DNA of 64,000 nucleotides from positions 28,629 through 92,628 of the forward strand of contig BQIV01000007.1 of assembly GCA_021604005.1 (NCBI GenBank), written 5' to 3'. Source of the stretch: Nitrospirales bacterium. Its GTDB lineage: Bacteria; Nitrospirota; Nitrospiria; Nitrospirales; UBA8639. Each line of letters starts with the position of its first letter. Within the stretch, counting starts at the first letter, position 1. The position numbers and the translations under genes were made by a program. Below the pieces are notes generated by a model. It did no database searches. It saw only the letters and a list, made by a program, of their open reading frames with translations, and had not been told where the DNA came from. Positions 10,221 through 19,716 of the stretch are shown in pieces.

Positions 10221-10469
10221 ATGAAGGCGACAGCTACGGATCTCAGGATCTCGACGAAAGAGCTTCTTGACACCGTTTCTCGAGGAGAAGAGGTTGTGAT
10301 TACCCATCGGGGAAAGCCCGTTGCGAAACTGGTGCCATTAGAAGTAGGTGTGCCGCAGTCGAGTACCGAACTCGAGCTGTATGGAATATGGGCTGATCAT
10401 ACCCTCTCTGAAAACGCGAACGCGTATGTGCGTCAACTCAGAAAACCGAGGCACACGCGTGCTTATTGA
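10221..10469 (+). CDS. Phd/YefM-family type II antitoxin
   Basis: MKATATDLRISTKELLDTVSRGEEVVITHRGKPVAKLVPLE. An SD (ggagg) lies 6 nt upstream of ATG 10221. The stop overlaps the GTG of the downstream PIN gene. Confidence 0.8.
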   Translation: MKATATDLRISTKELLDTVSRGEEVVITHRGKPVAKLVPLEVGVPQSSTELELYGIWADHTLSENANAYVRQLRKPRHTRAY

Positions 10470-10821
10470 TACCGATGTCCTGATTTGGTTTATGCATCGC
10501 AATACCAAAGCTCAACGAGCCATCAACCAACAGATACCGTTTTCACTCTCTGTCGTTACCTATATGTAATGAGTGCAAGGCAAGCGCAACCAAGAAGAAT
10601 GAGTGGCTTTGCGAGCGGCTTTCCGTCAATGGGAAGCCAAGGTTGTGTATCTAATGGAAGCGGTGTCTTCCAATACGATGTTATTGGTGGAAAGGTATGC
10701 CCTCAGCCATTGGCTTCATCTGGCGGATGCTCTGATCGGGGCCACTGCCGTTGTCTGCTCCCTTCCCCTGCTTACCGCAAATACGAAGTACTATCGAGTC
10801 ATCACAGACATCGATCTTTGA
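10459..10821 (+). pseudogene. vapC: VapC (PIN-domain) toxin disrupted by three in-frame stop codons
   Basis: A single frame reads VLIDTDVLIWFMHRN...SLSVVTYM * * VQGKRNQEE * VALRAAFRQWEAKVV...LSHWLHLADALIGATAV..PLLTANTKYY. The stops are TAA at 10567, TGA at 10570 and TGA at 10600. The PIN acidic residues (DTD, ADAL) are retained. Confidence 0.8.
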
Positions 10822-11043
10822 ACCTTTCGTCCCTGAAAAAGAGCTACAATGAATGAAGCAGGTTTTGTGAGTGACGAATATAGTTGCCATGCTTGTGATG
10901 TTTCAATGCCTTCCAACTCGTTCATTTTTTCTAAGTGACACCGATTTGGGAATATTTTTCAGACTTGAAGCAATGATGGTACAATCTAACCTCTATTCAT
11001 TGGTTATGATTTTGGTACTCATCAATAAATAGGAGCAGGAATT

Positions 11044-12891
11044 ATGCCCCCACTTCGATCAAAAACGTCCACCCAAGGCCGGAATATGGCCGGCGCCAGA
11101 GCTCTCTGGCGGGCCACGGGAATGAAAAATGAGGATTTCGGAAAACCCATCGTTGCCATCGCCAATTCGTTCACGCAATTTGTGCCCGGCCATGTGCATT
11201 TACATGATCTCGGCCAACTCGTTGCCCGTGAAATTGAAAAAACTGGCGCGGTGGCCAAGGAGTTCAACACGATTGCCGTTGACGATGGAATTGCCATGGG
11301 GCATGACGGCATGCTGTATAGTTTGCCGTCCCGAGACATTATCTCGGATTCAGTCGAATACATGGTGAATGCGCATTGCGCCGATGCCTTAGTCTGTATT
11401 TCGAATTGCGATAAGATTACGCCAGGCATGTTGAATGCGACGCTGCGTTTGAACGTCCCGACGGTGTTTGTGTCGGGTGGTCCGATGGAGGCTGGTCGCA
11501 CGAAACTTGCCGAACATCATACGAATTTAATCCATGCAATCGTGAAAGCCGCTGATGACAAACTCACGGATAGTGAGGTGGAAGAATATGAACGGTCCGC
11601 CTGTCCGACCTGTGGATCCTGTTCGGGTATGTTTACGGCTAATTCCATGAACTGTCTCACGGAAGTGTTAGGACTCGCGCTGCCGGGCAATGGCTCATTA
11701 CTAGCCACTCATGCTGATCGAAAAGAATTGTTTTTGGAGGCTGGTCGTCGGATTGTAGCACTGACAAAACAATATTATGAAAAAGATGATGAATCGGTGC
11801 TGCCCCGTAGCATTGCTTCGTATGATGCCTTTGCGAATGCCATGAGCATGGACATTGCCATGGGAGGTTCGACCAACACCATTCTGCATTTATTGGCGGC
11901 GGCACAGGAAGCCGAGATAGATTTTACATTAAAAGATATCGATCAACTGTCCAGAAAAGTTCCAAACCTCTGTAAAGCTGCGCCGGCCATAGACAAGTAT
12001 CATATGGAAGACGTGCATCGTGCTGGCGGCATGATGGGCATTTTAGGAGAGCTGAACCGGGGTGGCCTGCTGAATACCAAAGTGAAGAGCGTGTATGGGA
12101 CATCGTTAGAAGGGACATTGAATCATTGGGACATCGCGGTAACCGACAATGAAGACGTGAAGCGGTTCTATCGTGCTGGTCCAGCTGGTATTCCAACGCA
12201 AACCGCGTTTAGCCAAGACACACGCTATGAGACGTTGGACTTGGATCGCGAAAGTGGCTGCATTCGTGATATTCCGCATGCCTATAGTCAGCAAGGAGGA
12301 TTGGCCGTTCTCTATGGCAATATTGCTGAAAATGGGTGCATCGTCAAAACAGCTGGCGTTGATGAAAAAAACTGGATTTTTTCTGGCCCGGCTCGCGTCT
12401 TTGAATCTCAGAATTCAGCGGTCGACGCGATTTTACAGGACCAGATTAAAGCTGGTGATGTGGTCGTTATTCGGTATGAGGGCCCAAAAGGCGGACCTGG
12501 TATGCAAGAGATGTTGTATCCCACCAGTTATCTCAAATCAAAAGACTTGGGTGCGGCTTGTGCGCTTTTCACCGATGGTCGTTTTTCTGGCGGCACATCC
12601 GGGCTTTCTATTGGGCATGCCTCACCGGAAGCTGCGGAAGGTGGAGCGATTGGTCTTGTGCAAGAAGGTGATGAAATTCAGATCAATATCCCCAATCGAA
12701 CGATTCACCTGAACGTTTCCAGCGACGATCTAGCAAAACGTCGAACCCAAATGGAAGCCAAAGGACATGATGCGTGGATGCCAACCGAAAAACGAACTCG
12801 CGTCGTGTCTTCGGCGCTCAAAGCCTATGCTGCGTTGACCACGAGTGCTGACAAAGGAGCTGTTCGGAATTTGGATCAGCTCAAGAAATAG
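11044..12891 (+). CDS. ilvD: Dihydroxy-acid dehydratase
   Basis: 615 aa. [43 protein letters not shown] is the canonical IlvD N-terminus. An SD (aggagcagg) sits upstream. Confidence 0.95.
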   Translation: MPPLRSKTSTQGRNMAGARALWRATGMKNEDFGKPIVAIANSFTQFVPGHVHLHDLGQLVAREIEKTGAVAKEFNTIAVDDGIAMGHDGMLYSLPSRDIISDSVEYMVNAHCADALVCISNCDKITPGMLNATLRLNVPTVFVSGGPMEAGRTKLAEHHTNLIHAIVKAADDKLTDSEVEEYERSACPTCGSCSGMFTANSMNCLTEVLGLALPGNGSLLATHADRKELFLEAGRRIVALTKQYYEKDDESVLPRSIASYDAFANAMSMDIAMGGSTNTILHLLAAAQEAEIDFTLKDIDQLSRKVPNLCKAAPAIDKYHMEDVHRAGGMMGILGELNRGGLLNTKVKSVYGTSLEGTLNHWDIAVTDNEDVKRFYRAGPAGIPTQTAFSQDTRYETLDLDRESGCIRDIPHAYSQQGGLAVLYGNIAENGCIVKTAGVDEKNWIFSGPARVFESQNSAVDAILQDQIKAGDVVVIRYEGPKGGPGMQEMLYPTSYLKSKDLGAACALFTDGRFSGGTSGLSIGHASPEAAEGGAIGLVQEGDEIQINIPNRTIHLNVSSDDLAKRRTQMEAKGHDAWMPTEKRTRVVSSALKAYAALTTSADKGAVRNLDQLKK

Positions 12892-12917
12892 TCTATACCC
12901 CAAACAAATATGCTAGG

Positions 12918-12952
12918 TTGACGAAAGTCGATTATCTATCGACTTTCGTCAA
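12918..12952 (+). terminator. Perfect 14-bp hairpin downstream of ilvD
   Basis: ttgacgaaagtcga (12918-12931), a 7-nt loop, then tcgactttcgtcaa (12939-12952). It lies 27 nt after the ilvD stop. Only a weak T tract follows. Confidence 0.5.
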
Positions 12953-13128
12953 TTGCCATCACAGTCGAGACTTGATCGTGCCGTGAATGTCAGAAGATTT
13001 CTGCCTTGGCGAAATGTTGAGTGGATAAGTCCCGGCTATTGGCCAGAGAATAGGCTGAGTCATGTCGTGAGGCTTTTCCACGATGAAAAGTCTTCTGGTG
13101 CTCAACTTGCCTGATTATTGATGGTCGA

Positions 13129-14289
13129 ATGGAGGCATACTTTACGAACAACAGATTTGAGAAATATTCGAAAACAGTCTTAACGTTGCTTGTCATCATC
13201 GTTGTTGTGGTCGCGGACTTTGTGTTCACCAGGGTGTATCACATTCAAAAATACGGAACGATTCATAAGTTCGCCGATCGCCGAGCCCTTCGTGAGCCCT
13301 CTCCCGTTTTTCACCACACCCTCAAGCCCAATGGTCAACAGCAAGAGCAAAAATGGGGACATCTGTCCAGTCCGCTCTATACCAATTCGCTTGGATTCAA
13401 AGACCGGGAAATTCGTGAGATTCCGTTCGCATCTTCCAACTTCCGTTTTCTGTTTATCGGTGATTCGTTTACGGAAGGCATTGGAATCGAATACGAGAAA
13501 ACCTTTGTCGGGCTGATTGATGCAGAGCTGGCTCGTCTGAATATTGACGTGCTCAATGCCGCGGTGTCTTCGTATTCTCCCACCATTTACTTCAAAAAAA
13601 TTGAATATCTATTAGAGACCGTCGGGCTGGACTTCGACCATCTCATCGTCTTTCTCGATATTTCTGATATCGAAGACGAAGTGCGCCGTTACGACACGCA
13701 CAACGGACGAGTTATCGGTCTGATGAGCCGTACTTCGAAGGTCAAAGAGTTTGTCTATGAATATACTGGCTTACTAAAAAATCTGTGGACTTTGGCAATC
13801 AATATGCAAAAGACGATTGCGCCGACTCATGAGGACTTACGTTCCGAAGAAGAACGCCGGTACGGAGTCAATCAGCAACGTAGCCTCTGGACGGTGAATG
13901 AAGAAACCTTTCATGATTACGGTCAACATGGTTTAGATAAGGCGCGAAAGCGCATGGACTTACTATATCAACTGCTTCAGCGGCATCGGAAAGAAATGAC
14001 GCTGGCAGTGTATCCATGGTCGGATCAGATCATGCACAAGGACCTCCATTCTCGACACGTTACGTTTTGGGAGGAGTGGGCCAAAGAACATTCGGTGCCG
14101 TTTGTTAATTTCTTTCCCCTGTTTATTTCTCCCAATGGAGACCCGAAGGAAGTTCTGCGTACATATTTTATCGAAGGCGACGTGCATTGGAATGAACAAG
14201 GGCATGAACTGATGACGCGAGAACTCTTTACGAAAATACAAGGAGCTTTTCCAAAGCTTCTTCACCGTCAGGAAGTTGATTCAGATTAG
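13129..14289 (+). CDS. SGNH/GDSL-family hydrolase with an N-terminal membrane anchor
   Basis: TM helix TVLTLLVIIVVVVADFVF, block I FLFIGDSFTEGIG and block V GDVHWNEQGH. Confidence 0.7.
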   Translation: MEAYFTNNRFEKYSKTVLTLLVIIVVVVADFVFTRVYHIQKYGTIHKFADRRALREPSPVFHHTLKPNGQQQEQKWGHLSSPLYTNSLGFKDREIREIPFASSNFRFLFIGDSFTEGIGIEYEKTFVGLIDAELARLNIDVLNAAVSSYSPTIYFKKIEYLLETVGLDFDHLIVFLDISDIEDEVRRYDTHNGRVIGLMSRTSKVKEFVYEYTGLLKNLWTLAINMQKTIAPTHEDLRSEEERRYGVNQQRSLWTVNEETFHDYGQHGLDKARKRMDLLYQLLQRHRKEMTLAVYPWSDQIMHKDLHSRHVTFWEEWAKEHSVPFVNFFPLFISPNGDPKEVLRTYFIEGDVHWNEQGHELMTRELFTKIQGAFPKLLHRQEVDSD

Positions 14290-14502
14290 AAGTTTGATCA
14301 GTCGGATGGTGTCCTGCACTTCACGATGGCTTCATGGAGTTTTTAAACGATATGCAGAGATTGAGGTAGATAATAAAAGTGTTATTCACTGTTTGTTGTT
14401 CTCTCTTCATCCCTAATCGTTCGTCATCTTTTTGCATGTTCCTTATCTTCCGCTCATGAGGCTAGGCTTTGTTTTTGAAATTCTTAATAGTAAAATAATG
14501 GC

Positions 14503-14766
14503 ATGAAAACTACCATTGACTTGTCAGGTCGCCTCGTCATCCCGAAAGAGATTCGCAAAGTGGCAGGGTTAGAGCCTGGGATTCCTCTCGAAGTTCGGTG
14601 GCGTGAGGGGGTTGTTGAAATTGAGCCTGCTCCTTTGCCAGTCAAACTAATCAAGCGAGGGAGGCTCTTGGTTGCGGTTCCTGAGAAGACCATCGACTCA
14701 CTTTCCAATGAGACGGTCAAACGGGCTCGTCAACAAGTTCGCCGTGGTCCATCTTCTTCGTCTTAG
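14503..14766 (+). CDS. AbrB/SpoVT-domain antitoxin (VapB-like)
   Basis: MKTTIDLSGRLVIPKEIRKVAGLEPGIPLEVRWREGVVEIEP is the typical SpoVT/AbrB swapped-hairpin motif. The PIN gene follows 2 nt downstream. Confidence 0.8.
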   Translation: MKTTIDLSGRLVIPKEIRKVAGLEPGIPLEVRWREGVVEIEPAPLPVKLIKRGRLLVAVPEKTIDSLSNETVKRARQQVRRGPSSSS

Positions 14767-14768
14767 AT

Positions 14769-15220
14769 ATGCCAATATTCCTGTTGGATTCCAGTGTCAT
14801 GATTGCCGCCATCTGTTCGTGGCATGAACATCATGAAGCTGCCATCGGGGAAATTGAACGACGGTTAGGACGACGGGAAGCCATGGTTGTGGCTGCTCCA
14901 GCACTCGTCGAAACCTATGCCGTCTTGACTCGTCTCCTTCCCCACACCGCCTCTCCTCTCATGCTGCCAAAAACCTTATTGAAGCCAACTTCCTCACGGA
15001 ATATAAATGTATTGCGCCAAACGAGAAAGATTACCGACGTCTTGTGCTTGAAGCTCCTGGTAACGATATTCGTGGTGGAAGAACGTATGATTGGGGCATT
15101 GCCTTTTGTGCTCAAAAGGCCGGAGTCTCTGTACTCTTGACGTTTAATATTCGGGATTTTCAGTCTTTTTCACTCCATGATCTGGAGATCCATTTGCCAG
15201 ATGCTTTTAAGTCTAATTAG
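14769..15220 (+). pseudogene. vapC: VapC (PIN-domain) toxin with a 1-nt deletion frameshift
   Basis: The N-terminal part reads MPIFLLDSSVMIAA...ALVETYAVLTRL, then the frame is lost near 14934-14942 (cgtctccttcccca). The -1-shifted frame continues PSPHRLSSHAAKNLIEANFLTEYKCIAPNEKDYRRLVLEAPGNDIRGGRTYDWGIAFCAQKAGVSVLLTFNIRDF and ends at TAG 15218. Confidence 0.8.
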
Positions 15221-15266
15221 ACCTTTCTGAGTAGCATGAATCTCCAAGCTTCCCAATCTCTCGTTT

Positions 15267-16067
15267 TCACTCTTCTTCCAGCACCGGATTTATCAGCATT
15301 CCAATGTGTTCAATTTCGATCGTGACTTGATCTCCTGGTTTAAGAAAAACAGGTGGTTTACGAGCAAATCCGACTCCAGGAGGTGTGCCGGTTAGGATGA
15401 CAGTGCCAGGGAGTAGGGTGGTACCTTCGCTCAAGAAACTAATGAGTGTGGGAATATCAAAGATCATATCGGAGGTAGTCGAATCCTGCATTGTTTTATC
15501 GTTGAGAGTGGTTTTGATCTTCAAGGAATTCGGGGTAGGGATTTCATCTTTGGTCACGAGTACTGGTCCAAGTGGACAAAACGTGTCAAATGATTTTCCC
15601 CGGCACCATTGCTTGCCTCCACCGTTTTTCTGCCATCCACGCGCGCTCACATCATTGGCGCAAGTATACCCGAGTACATAATCCAGAGCATCCTGCCGGG
15701 ACACATTTTTAGCTGGTTTGCCAATGACGATAGCCAGCTCACATTCATAGTCCACCTCCGCTGGCGCAATAGTTGGAATGACAATGGGATCTCCTGGATT
15801 ATTGAGGGAATTGGCTGCCTTGATAAAGAGCACGGGATATTCTGGAAGCTTCGCTCCGGTTTCTTCGGCATGCGCTCGATAATTTAATCCAATACAGAGA
15901 ATAGTCGGTGGGACTATCGGAGCTAACAATTTGTGAATGGGTGTGATTGTTTCGGTAATCGTGTAGGTTCCGAATACATCACCGTCAATCAGTTGTGCTG
16001 ATGTCTCGTCTATCGGTGTTCCGTAATGAATGGAACGTGTGTGGTCTTGAAATCTAATCAACTTCAT
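15267..16067 (-). CDS. Fumarylacetoacetate hydrolase (FAH) family protein
   Basis: MKLIRF...ILCIGLNYRAHAEE...ELAIVIGK...GT.ILTGTPPGVG. I prefer ATG 16067 (SD agagga) over the track start at 16133. Confidence 0.8.
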   Translation of the reverse strand: MKLIRFQDHTRSIHYGTPIDETSAQLIDGDVFGTYTITETITPIHKLLAPIVPPTILCIGLNYRAHAEETGAKLPEYPVLFIKAANSLNNPGDPIVIPTIAPAEVDYECELAIVIGKPAKNVSRQDALDYVLGYTCANDVSARGWQKNGGGKQWCRGKSFDTFCPLGPVLVTKDEIPTPNSLKIKTTLNDKTMQDSTTSDMIFDIPTLISFLSEGTTLLPGTVILTGTPPGVGFARKPPVFLKPGDQVTIEIEHIGMLINPVLEEE

Positions 16068-16291
16068 GAATGCTATTCCTCTGTCAAAGGTGATGGTTGG
16101 GTTTCTTCTGAACACAATGCTGTGCCTGAACATTGTAGCAAGCTCACATGTGACTGTCTTTTATGTATTCCGAGAACAGAAGGAAAAGGGAATGTTCGTT
16201 GAGAATTGCTACATCCCAAAAGCCGGATGATTGTTAGAGAGTGAAAGGAAAGTCTATGGAAAAATAATGAGAAGAACACGAATATAATCCT

Positions 16292-16319
16292 CCCCTAGAC
16301 AGAGAGTTCTGTCTAGGGG
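16292..16319 (-). terminator. Perfect 11-bp hairpin, candidate terminator of the minus-strand string
   Basis: cccctagacag, a 6-nt loop, then ctgtctagggg. It lies 44 nt downstream of the small ORF stop at 16363. There is no clear U tract. Confidence 0.35.
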
Positions 16320-16362
16320 CAAAGGATTCGTTTGACGGCGTTGTATATGAAAAATCTAAAAA

Positions 16363-16539
16363 TTATTTCTGTGAATCTTGTAGGGCGGCAGCTTCAGGCG
16401 AGATTGTGACAGGATCGATGGAAACCGACGTTGGCGCTTTCACGTGTCTTGTTGATTGCACATTGGTCGCAGACTCAATCAACGGAAGAGTCGTTTGTGC
16501 TTGTATGTTCGCAGCATTGAGGGCAGCAAGTCCATCCAT
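16363..16539 (-). CDS. Small hypothetical protein (58 aa)
   Basis: Below the ORF-track cutoff. ATG at 16539 is preceded by aaaggag at 7 nt. Sequence: MDGLAALNAANIQAQTTLPLIESATNVQSTRHVKAPTSVSIDPVTISPEAAALQDSQK. It shows a loose FlgM/YjfB-like flavour only. Confidence 0.35.
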   Translation of the reverse strand: MDGLAALNAANIQAQTTLPLIESATNVQSTRHVKAPTSVSIDPVTISPEAAALQDSQK

Positions 16540-16703
16540 AGGCTTTCTCCTTTCACGATTGTTAAAAAGTGTTGGATCTAGAGGGGGTATCGGTGGTTTT
16601 TTCAGAAATCTTGATTGGAGAATACTATTGTTTGTTGGGTTATCGTGTGTATTGGTTTTTGTTGAACCGTTGGATAAATATTTTTATGCTGGGGTGTGAG
16701 GCT

Positions 16704-17192
16704 TTAGAGGAATTGGCGACATGTTTGGCTGTGGCATGTACATTGCCGTGTGCCTTCGTGATGGGTATCTCCATAATGACACGTTAACTCTTCTCCTTTC
16801 TTAATTCGACGTAACGTGTAGAATTCTGCACGTTCATGAACTATTCGCATATACGTATTGGGTGAGCAGGAATGGTTGATGAATCGAAAGCCTGCTTGTT
16901 GTTTGGACGCGTCAATGGCTTTCCCATTATTGACTTCAACGATAGCGATGTGGCGTTGCGTTTTCGCCCTCCGTCTGGCTTCACGTTGACTAATGAGTTC
17001 GCCTTCAAATTCACCAATTTTTTTTCTTGCTGCTAGCGGTTCTGCCGCAAAGAGTCCATGGCCATCGATGCGACTGGGCTTGACGGACATGTTAGCAGGC
17101 CAGGTCCGTTGTCGAGCGATCGAAGGTTGACGTGCGGGCATTGCTTGAACGTAGAAGATAGAAGGGTGAGGTTGTATGTAGCGTGAGAACAC
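16704..17192 (-). CDS. SET-domain protein (putative protein-lysine methyltransferase)
   Basis: VKPSRIDGHGLFA....GEFEGELIS, FINHSCSPNTY, ELTCHYGD and a Cys-rich post-SET tail CTCHSQTCRQ. The start is uncertain; internal Met residues at codons 18 and 35 are possible. Confidence 0.8.
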   Translation of the reverse strand: MFSRYIQPHPSIFYVQAMPARQPSIARQRTWPANMSVKPSRIDGHGLFAAEPLAARKKIGEFEGELISQREARRRAKTQRHIAIVEVNNGKAIDASKQQAGFRFINHSCSPNTYMRIVHERAEFYTLRRIKKGEELTCHYGDTHHEGTRQCTCHSQTCRQFL

Positions 17193-17206
17193 GCTGTATG
17201 AGCGTG

Positions 17207-18214
17207 TTACTTGATGCCAATCACCATGGAGTCAGGTCCAATAAGATGCTCCACGCGGGTTTCTCGGAATCCTGCCTCTTTCAACCAGCCGCAACAGTCG
17301 GCTCCCGTGTAGTCGAAGCCTCCAGACAGTTCGATCAGCATATTGAGACTCATGAGCAGGCCAAAGGCGTTTTGGCGTCTTTCATCATCGATCAAGGCTT
17401 CAAAGATGAGTAAGGCTCCACCATATGGTAGGGCTTCGTAAGCTTTTTTGATGAGTGCTTTCTTCTCTTCAAGATTCCAGTCGTGCAGGATGTGTCCCAT
17501 ACACAGCACATCGGTTTCGGGAAGTGGTTCTTTGAAAAAGTCGCCTGGAATGAATCGTATCCGATGACTCAAGTTAAAGGATTGCACGTACTCCATGAAA
17601 ATCGGGCCAACAGGTGGTAGATCAAATCCTCCTCCTGTCAGGTGTGAGTGCGTGTGTGCGATCTGAACAGCCAACCCGCCCTGTGCACATCCGATGTCGA
17701 TGAATGTCTTGTAGTTATTCCAGGGAAACTTTTCAGCAATGGCTTGGCTCGCACCAATGCTAATACCCGTCATGGATTGGAGAAAGGCCAGAAGTGCGGC
17801 AGGGTTTCGGTACAACGTTCCGAAAAAATCCCCGCCTTCCTTGGTTTCATTCTGCGGAAGTCCGGTGCGAAGCCCTTCTGTGAGCGATCCCCAATAGCGG
17901 TACAATCGGTCATTGGCCATTTCTAAAAAACCACCAATATACGTGGGTTTTGTTTTATCGAGAAATTGATCAGTCTCGGACGTATTGGAGTATTTTCCAT
18001 CTTGTCGATCCAGCATGCCGAGTGCCACGAGGGAATCGAAGAAGTCCCGGGCACTGCGTTCATGGAGATGAAGCTTTTTTCGTAAGGTTTCACCATCAAG
18101 CGGTTGTCGGGCAAGTTCAGTGAACACGCCCAACTCGACGGCGCTGAGTAAAGTTTTGGAACCCCAAAAGGCCATGCCGAGTTGCATGATATTCGCTGGT
18201 GATGGTGCACTCAT
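17207..18214 (-). CDS. Class I SAM-dependent O-methyltransferase (family 2, with an N-terminal dimerisation domain)
   Basis: [26 protein letters not shown] is dimerisation-domain-like. [10 protein letters not shown] is SAM motif I. 335 aa. Confidence 0.8.
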   Translation of the reverse strand: MSAPSPANIMQLGMAFWGSKTLLSAVELGVFTELARQPLDGETLRKKLHLHERSARDFFDSLVALGMLDRQDGKYSNTSETDQFLDKTKPTYIGGFLEMANDRLYRYWGSLTEGLRTGLPQNETKEGGDFFGTLYRNPAALLAFLQSMTGISIGASQAIAEKFPWNNYKTFIDIGCAQGGLAVQIAHTHSHLTGGGFDLPPVGPIFMEYVQSFNLSHRIRFIPGDFFKEPLPETDVLCMGHILHDWNLEEKKALIKKAYEALPYGGALLIFEALIDDERRQNAFGLLMSLNMLIELSGGFDYTGADCCGWLKEAGFRETRVEHLIGPDSMVIGIK

Positions 18215-18235
18215 TGTACGTGCTCTATAGGCGGC

Positions 18236-18667
18236 TTAATCTCCACCGGCAAATGAATCTTCCTCATATTCTTCGATGACGTCTTCCGTTTCCATGCCCA
18301 GTCCTGCTTGAAATGATTCTCGAATGGCCAGGACATGATCATGAGACGGTGTCTGGGCAATGTCCTTCGTGAAACGTGTGAGAAATTGGTTAGAGAGCGT
18401 GAGGCCTTTTTGAAAAAACTCTGGCAAGGGACCTTCTGTCACCTGCTGCCAGGTAATATAAATGAGAAATTCTTGAAAGTATCGAGCGTTTGGTAGACCT
18501 TCACCATATTGCTGCAAAGCCTTGTAGGCACGAGTGGCCTCTGGACCCTGGACCGAGGAAAAGGTTTCTTCCGCTTCAAGAATATCCTCTTCAAGTTCTC
18601 CGAGTTCCCCATGTTGTTCAGCTTCTTGAAGGGCTTGTCGTGCCGCGATGGCTGGATCAAAGTTCAT
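18236..18667 (-). CDS. Acidic hypothetical protein (143 aa)
   Basis: Intact ORF packed between the CCG subunit gene and the O-methyltransferase gene, with gaps of 64 and 21 nt. It has a very acidic N- and C-terminus and no domain I recognise. Confidence 0.5.
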   Translation of the reverse strand: MNFDPAIAARQALQEAEQHGELGELEEDILEAEETFSSVQGPEATRAYKALQQYGEGLPNARYFQEFLIYITWQQVTEGPLPEFFQKGLTLSNQFLTRFTKDIAQTPSHDHVLAIRESFQAGLGMETEDVIEEYEEDSFAGGD

Positions 18668-18731
18668 ACAACGTGTTCCCTCCCTCTGTCACACAATACA
18701 TCTGTTTTTGTCCATAAGATGGAAATAGGTG

Positions 18732-19622
18732 CTAGGAGGATACCACGGTCGCCAATTTTTGTAATGTGGAATGAGGAGAGACAAAGTTTCGGTTAAAGCC
18801 AAGGGATTTCGGGTCCATATCCATGGCAAGCCCGAGCAGTTGCGGGAGGTGAAGAATCGGGAGATCAATAGCGGTGTTCTGTTGGTTTCCAGCTTTGGCT
18901 TGCATCCCATCTAAGTTGAGGTGACACAGCGGACAGGGGGTCACCATGATATCGGCCCCGTGTGATTTGGCATTCATTGTATGCGTTGCGACCATGTTGA
19001 GAGAGTTTTTCTCATTAATGGTTAGAATGGGAAATCCACAACACCGGCTTTTGCCTGGAAAATCGACGACCTCTGCTCCTAAGATTTCAATGACACGTTC
19101 CAAGGCTTTGGGACGATCGGGATGTTGATCGAATTGCAGTGCTTCGGTTGGACGTTGAAGATAACATCCGTAAAACGGCGCAGCGCGGAGGCCGGTCAAT
19201 GGTTGTGTGATCGCGCGTCGAAGGACGTCTTCCCCTACATCTTCCAATAAGATCCAGATAAAATGGCGAATATTCGTTGTGCCTCGATAGGCGAGCCCTT
19301 CTTCTCCTAAGATCTGATTGATTTCTGCTAAGTACTCTCCATCAGTGGTCATGCGATGATTGGCCTGGCTCATGACGCCTTGGCATGTACTGCAAATCGT
19401 CATGATGGGTAAGTTTTGCTGTTCGGCCAGGGCAAAGGTCCGTGCATTGATGACGTCGCCCAGGCGCGGATCTTTTTCTTGAAGGACGCCTGCGCCCGTG
19501 CATGCAGCGGTCGTCATTTCTTCCAGGTCTATGCCGATCTTGGGATAGACCTGCATGACGGATTGATACAGCTCTGGGCACGCACCTTTTGAGACGCAAC
19601 CCGGAAAGAATGCATATTTCAT
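18732..19622 (-). CDS. CCG-domain (HdrB-like) subunit of succinate dehydrogenase/fumarate reductase (SdhE/TfrB-C-like)
   Basis: MKYAFFPGCVSKGACPELY..., a second half with RCCGFPIL (CCG motif), and PCPLCHLNLD. It lies directly downstream of sdhB. Confidence 0.75.
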   Translation of the reverse strand: MKYAFFPGCVSKGACPELYQSVMQVYPKIGIDLEEMTTAACTGAGVLQEKDPRLGDVINARTFALAEQQNLPIMTICSTCQGVMSQANHRMTTDGEYLAEINQILGEEGLAYRGTTNIRHFIWILLEDVGEDVLRRAITQPLTGLRAAPFYGCYLQRPTEALQFDQHPDRPKALERVIEILGAEVVDFPGKSRCCGFPILTINEKNSLNMVATHTMNAKSHGADIMVTPCPLCHLNLDGMQAKAGNQQNTAIDLPILHLPQLLGLAMDMDPKSLGFNRNFVSPHSTLQKLATVVSS

Positions 19623-19716
19623 GAATGACTCCTCGTATAGTGTTCCAACAGTTCGTCGTATCGCCTAAGAATAATCATGTCGTATTTCGAGAGGATCATT
19701 AGTGCCCGTACACACG

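Noticed and set aside
16406-16699. Plus-strand 97-aa ORF between the FAH and SET genes
   Set aside because: No SD and an odd composition. It is antisense to a small ORF with a consensus SD, and all flanking genes are on the minus strand.
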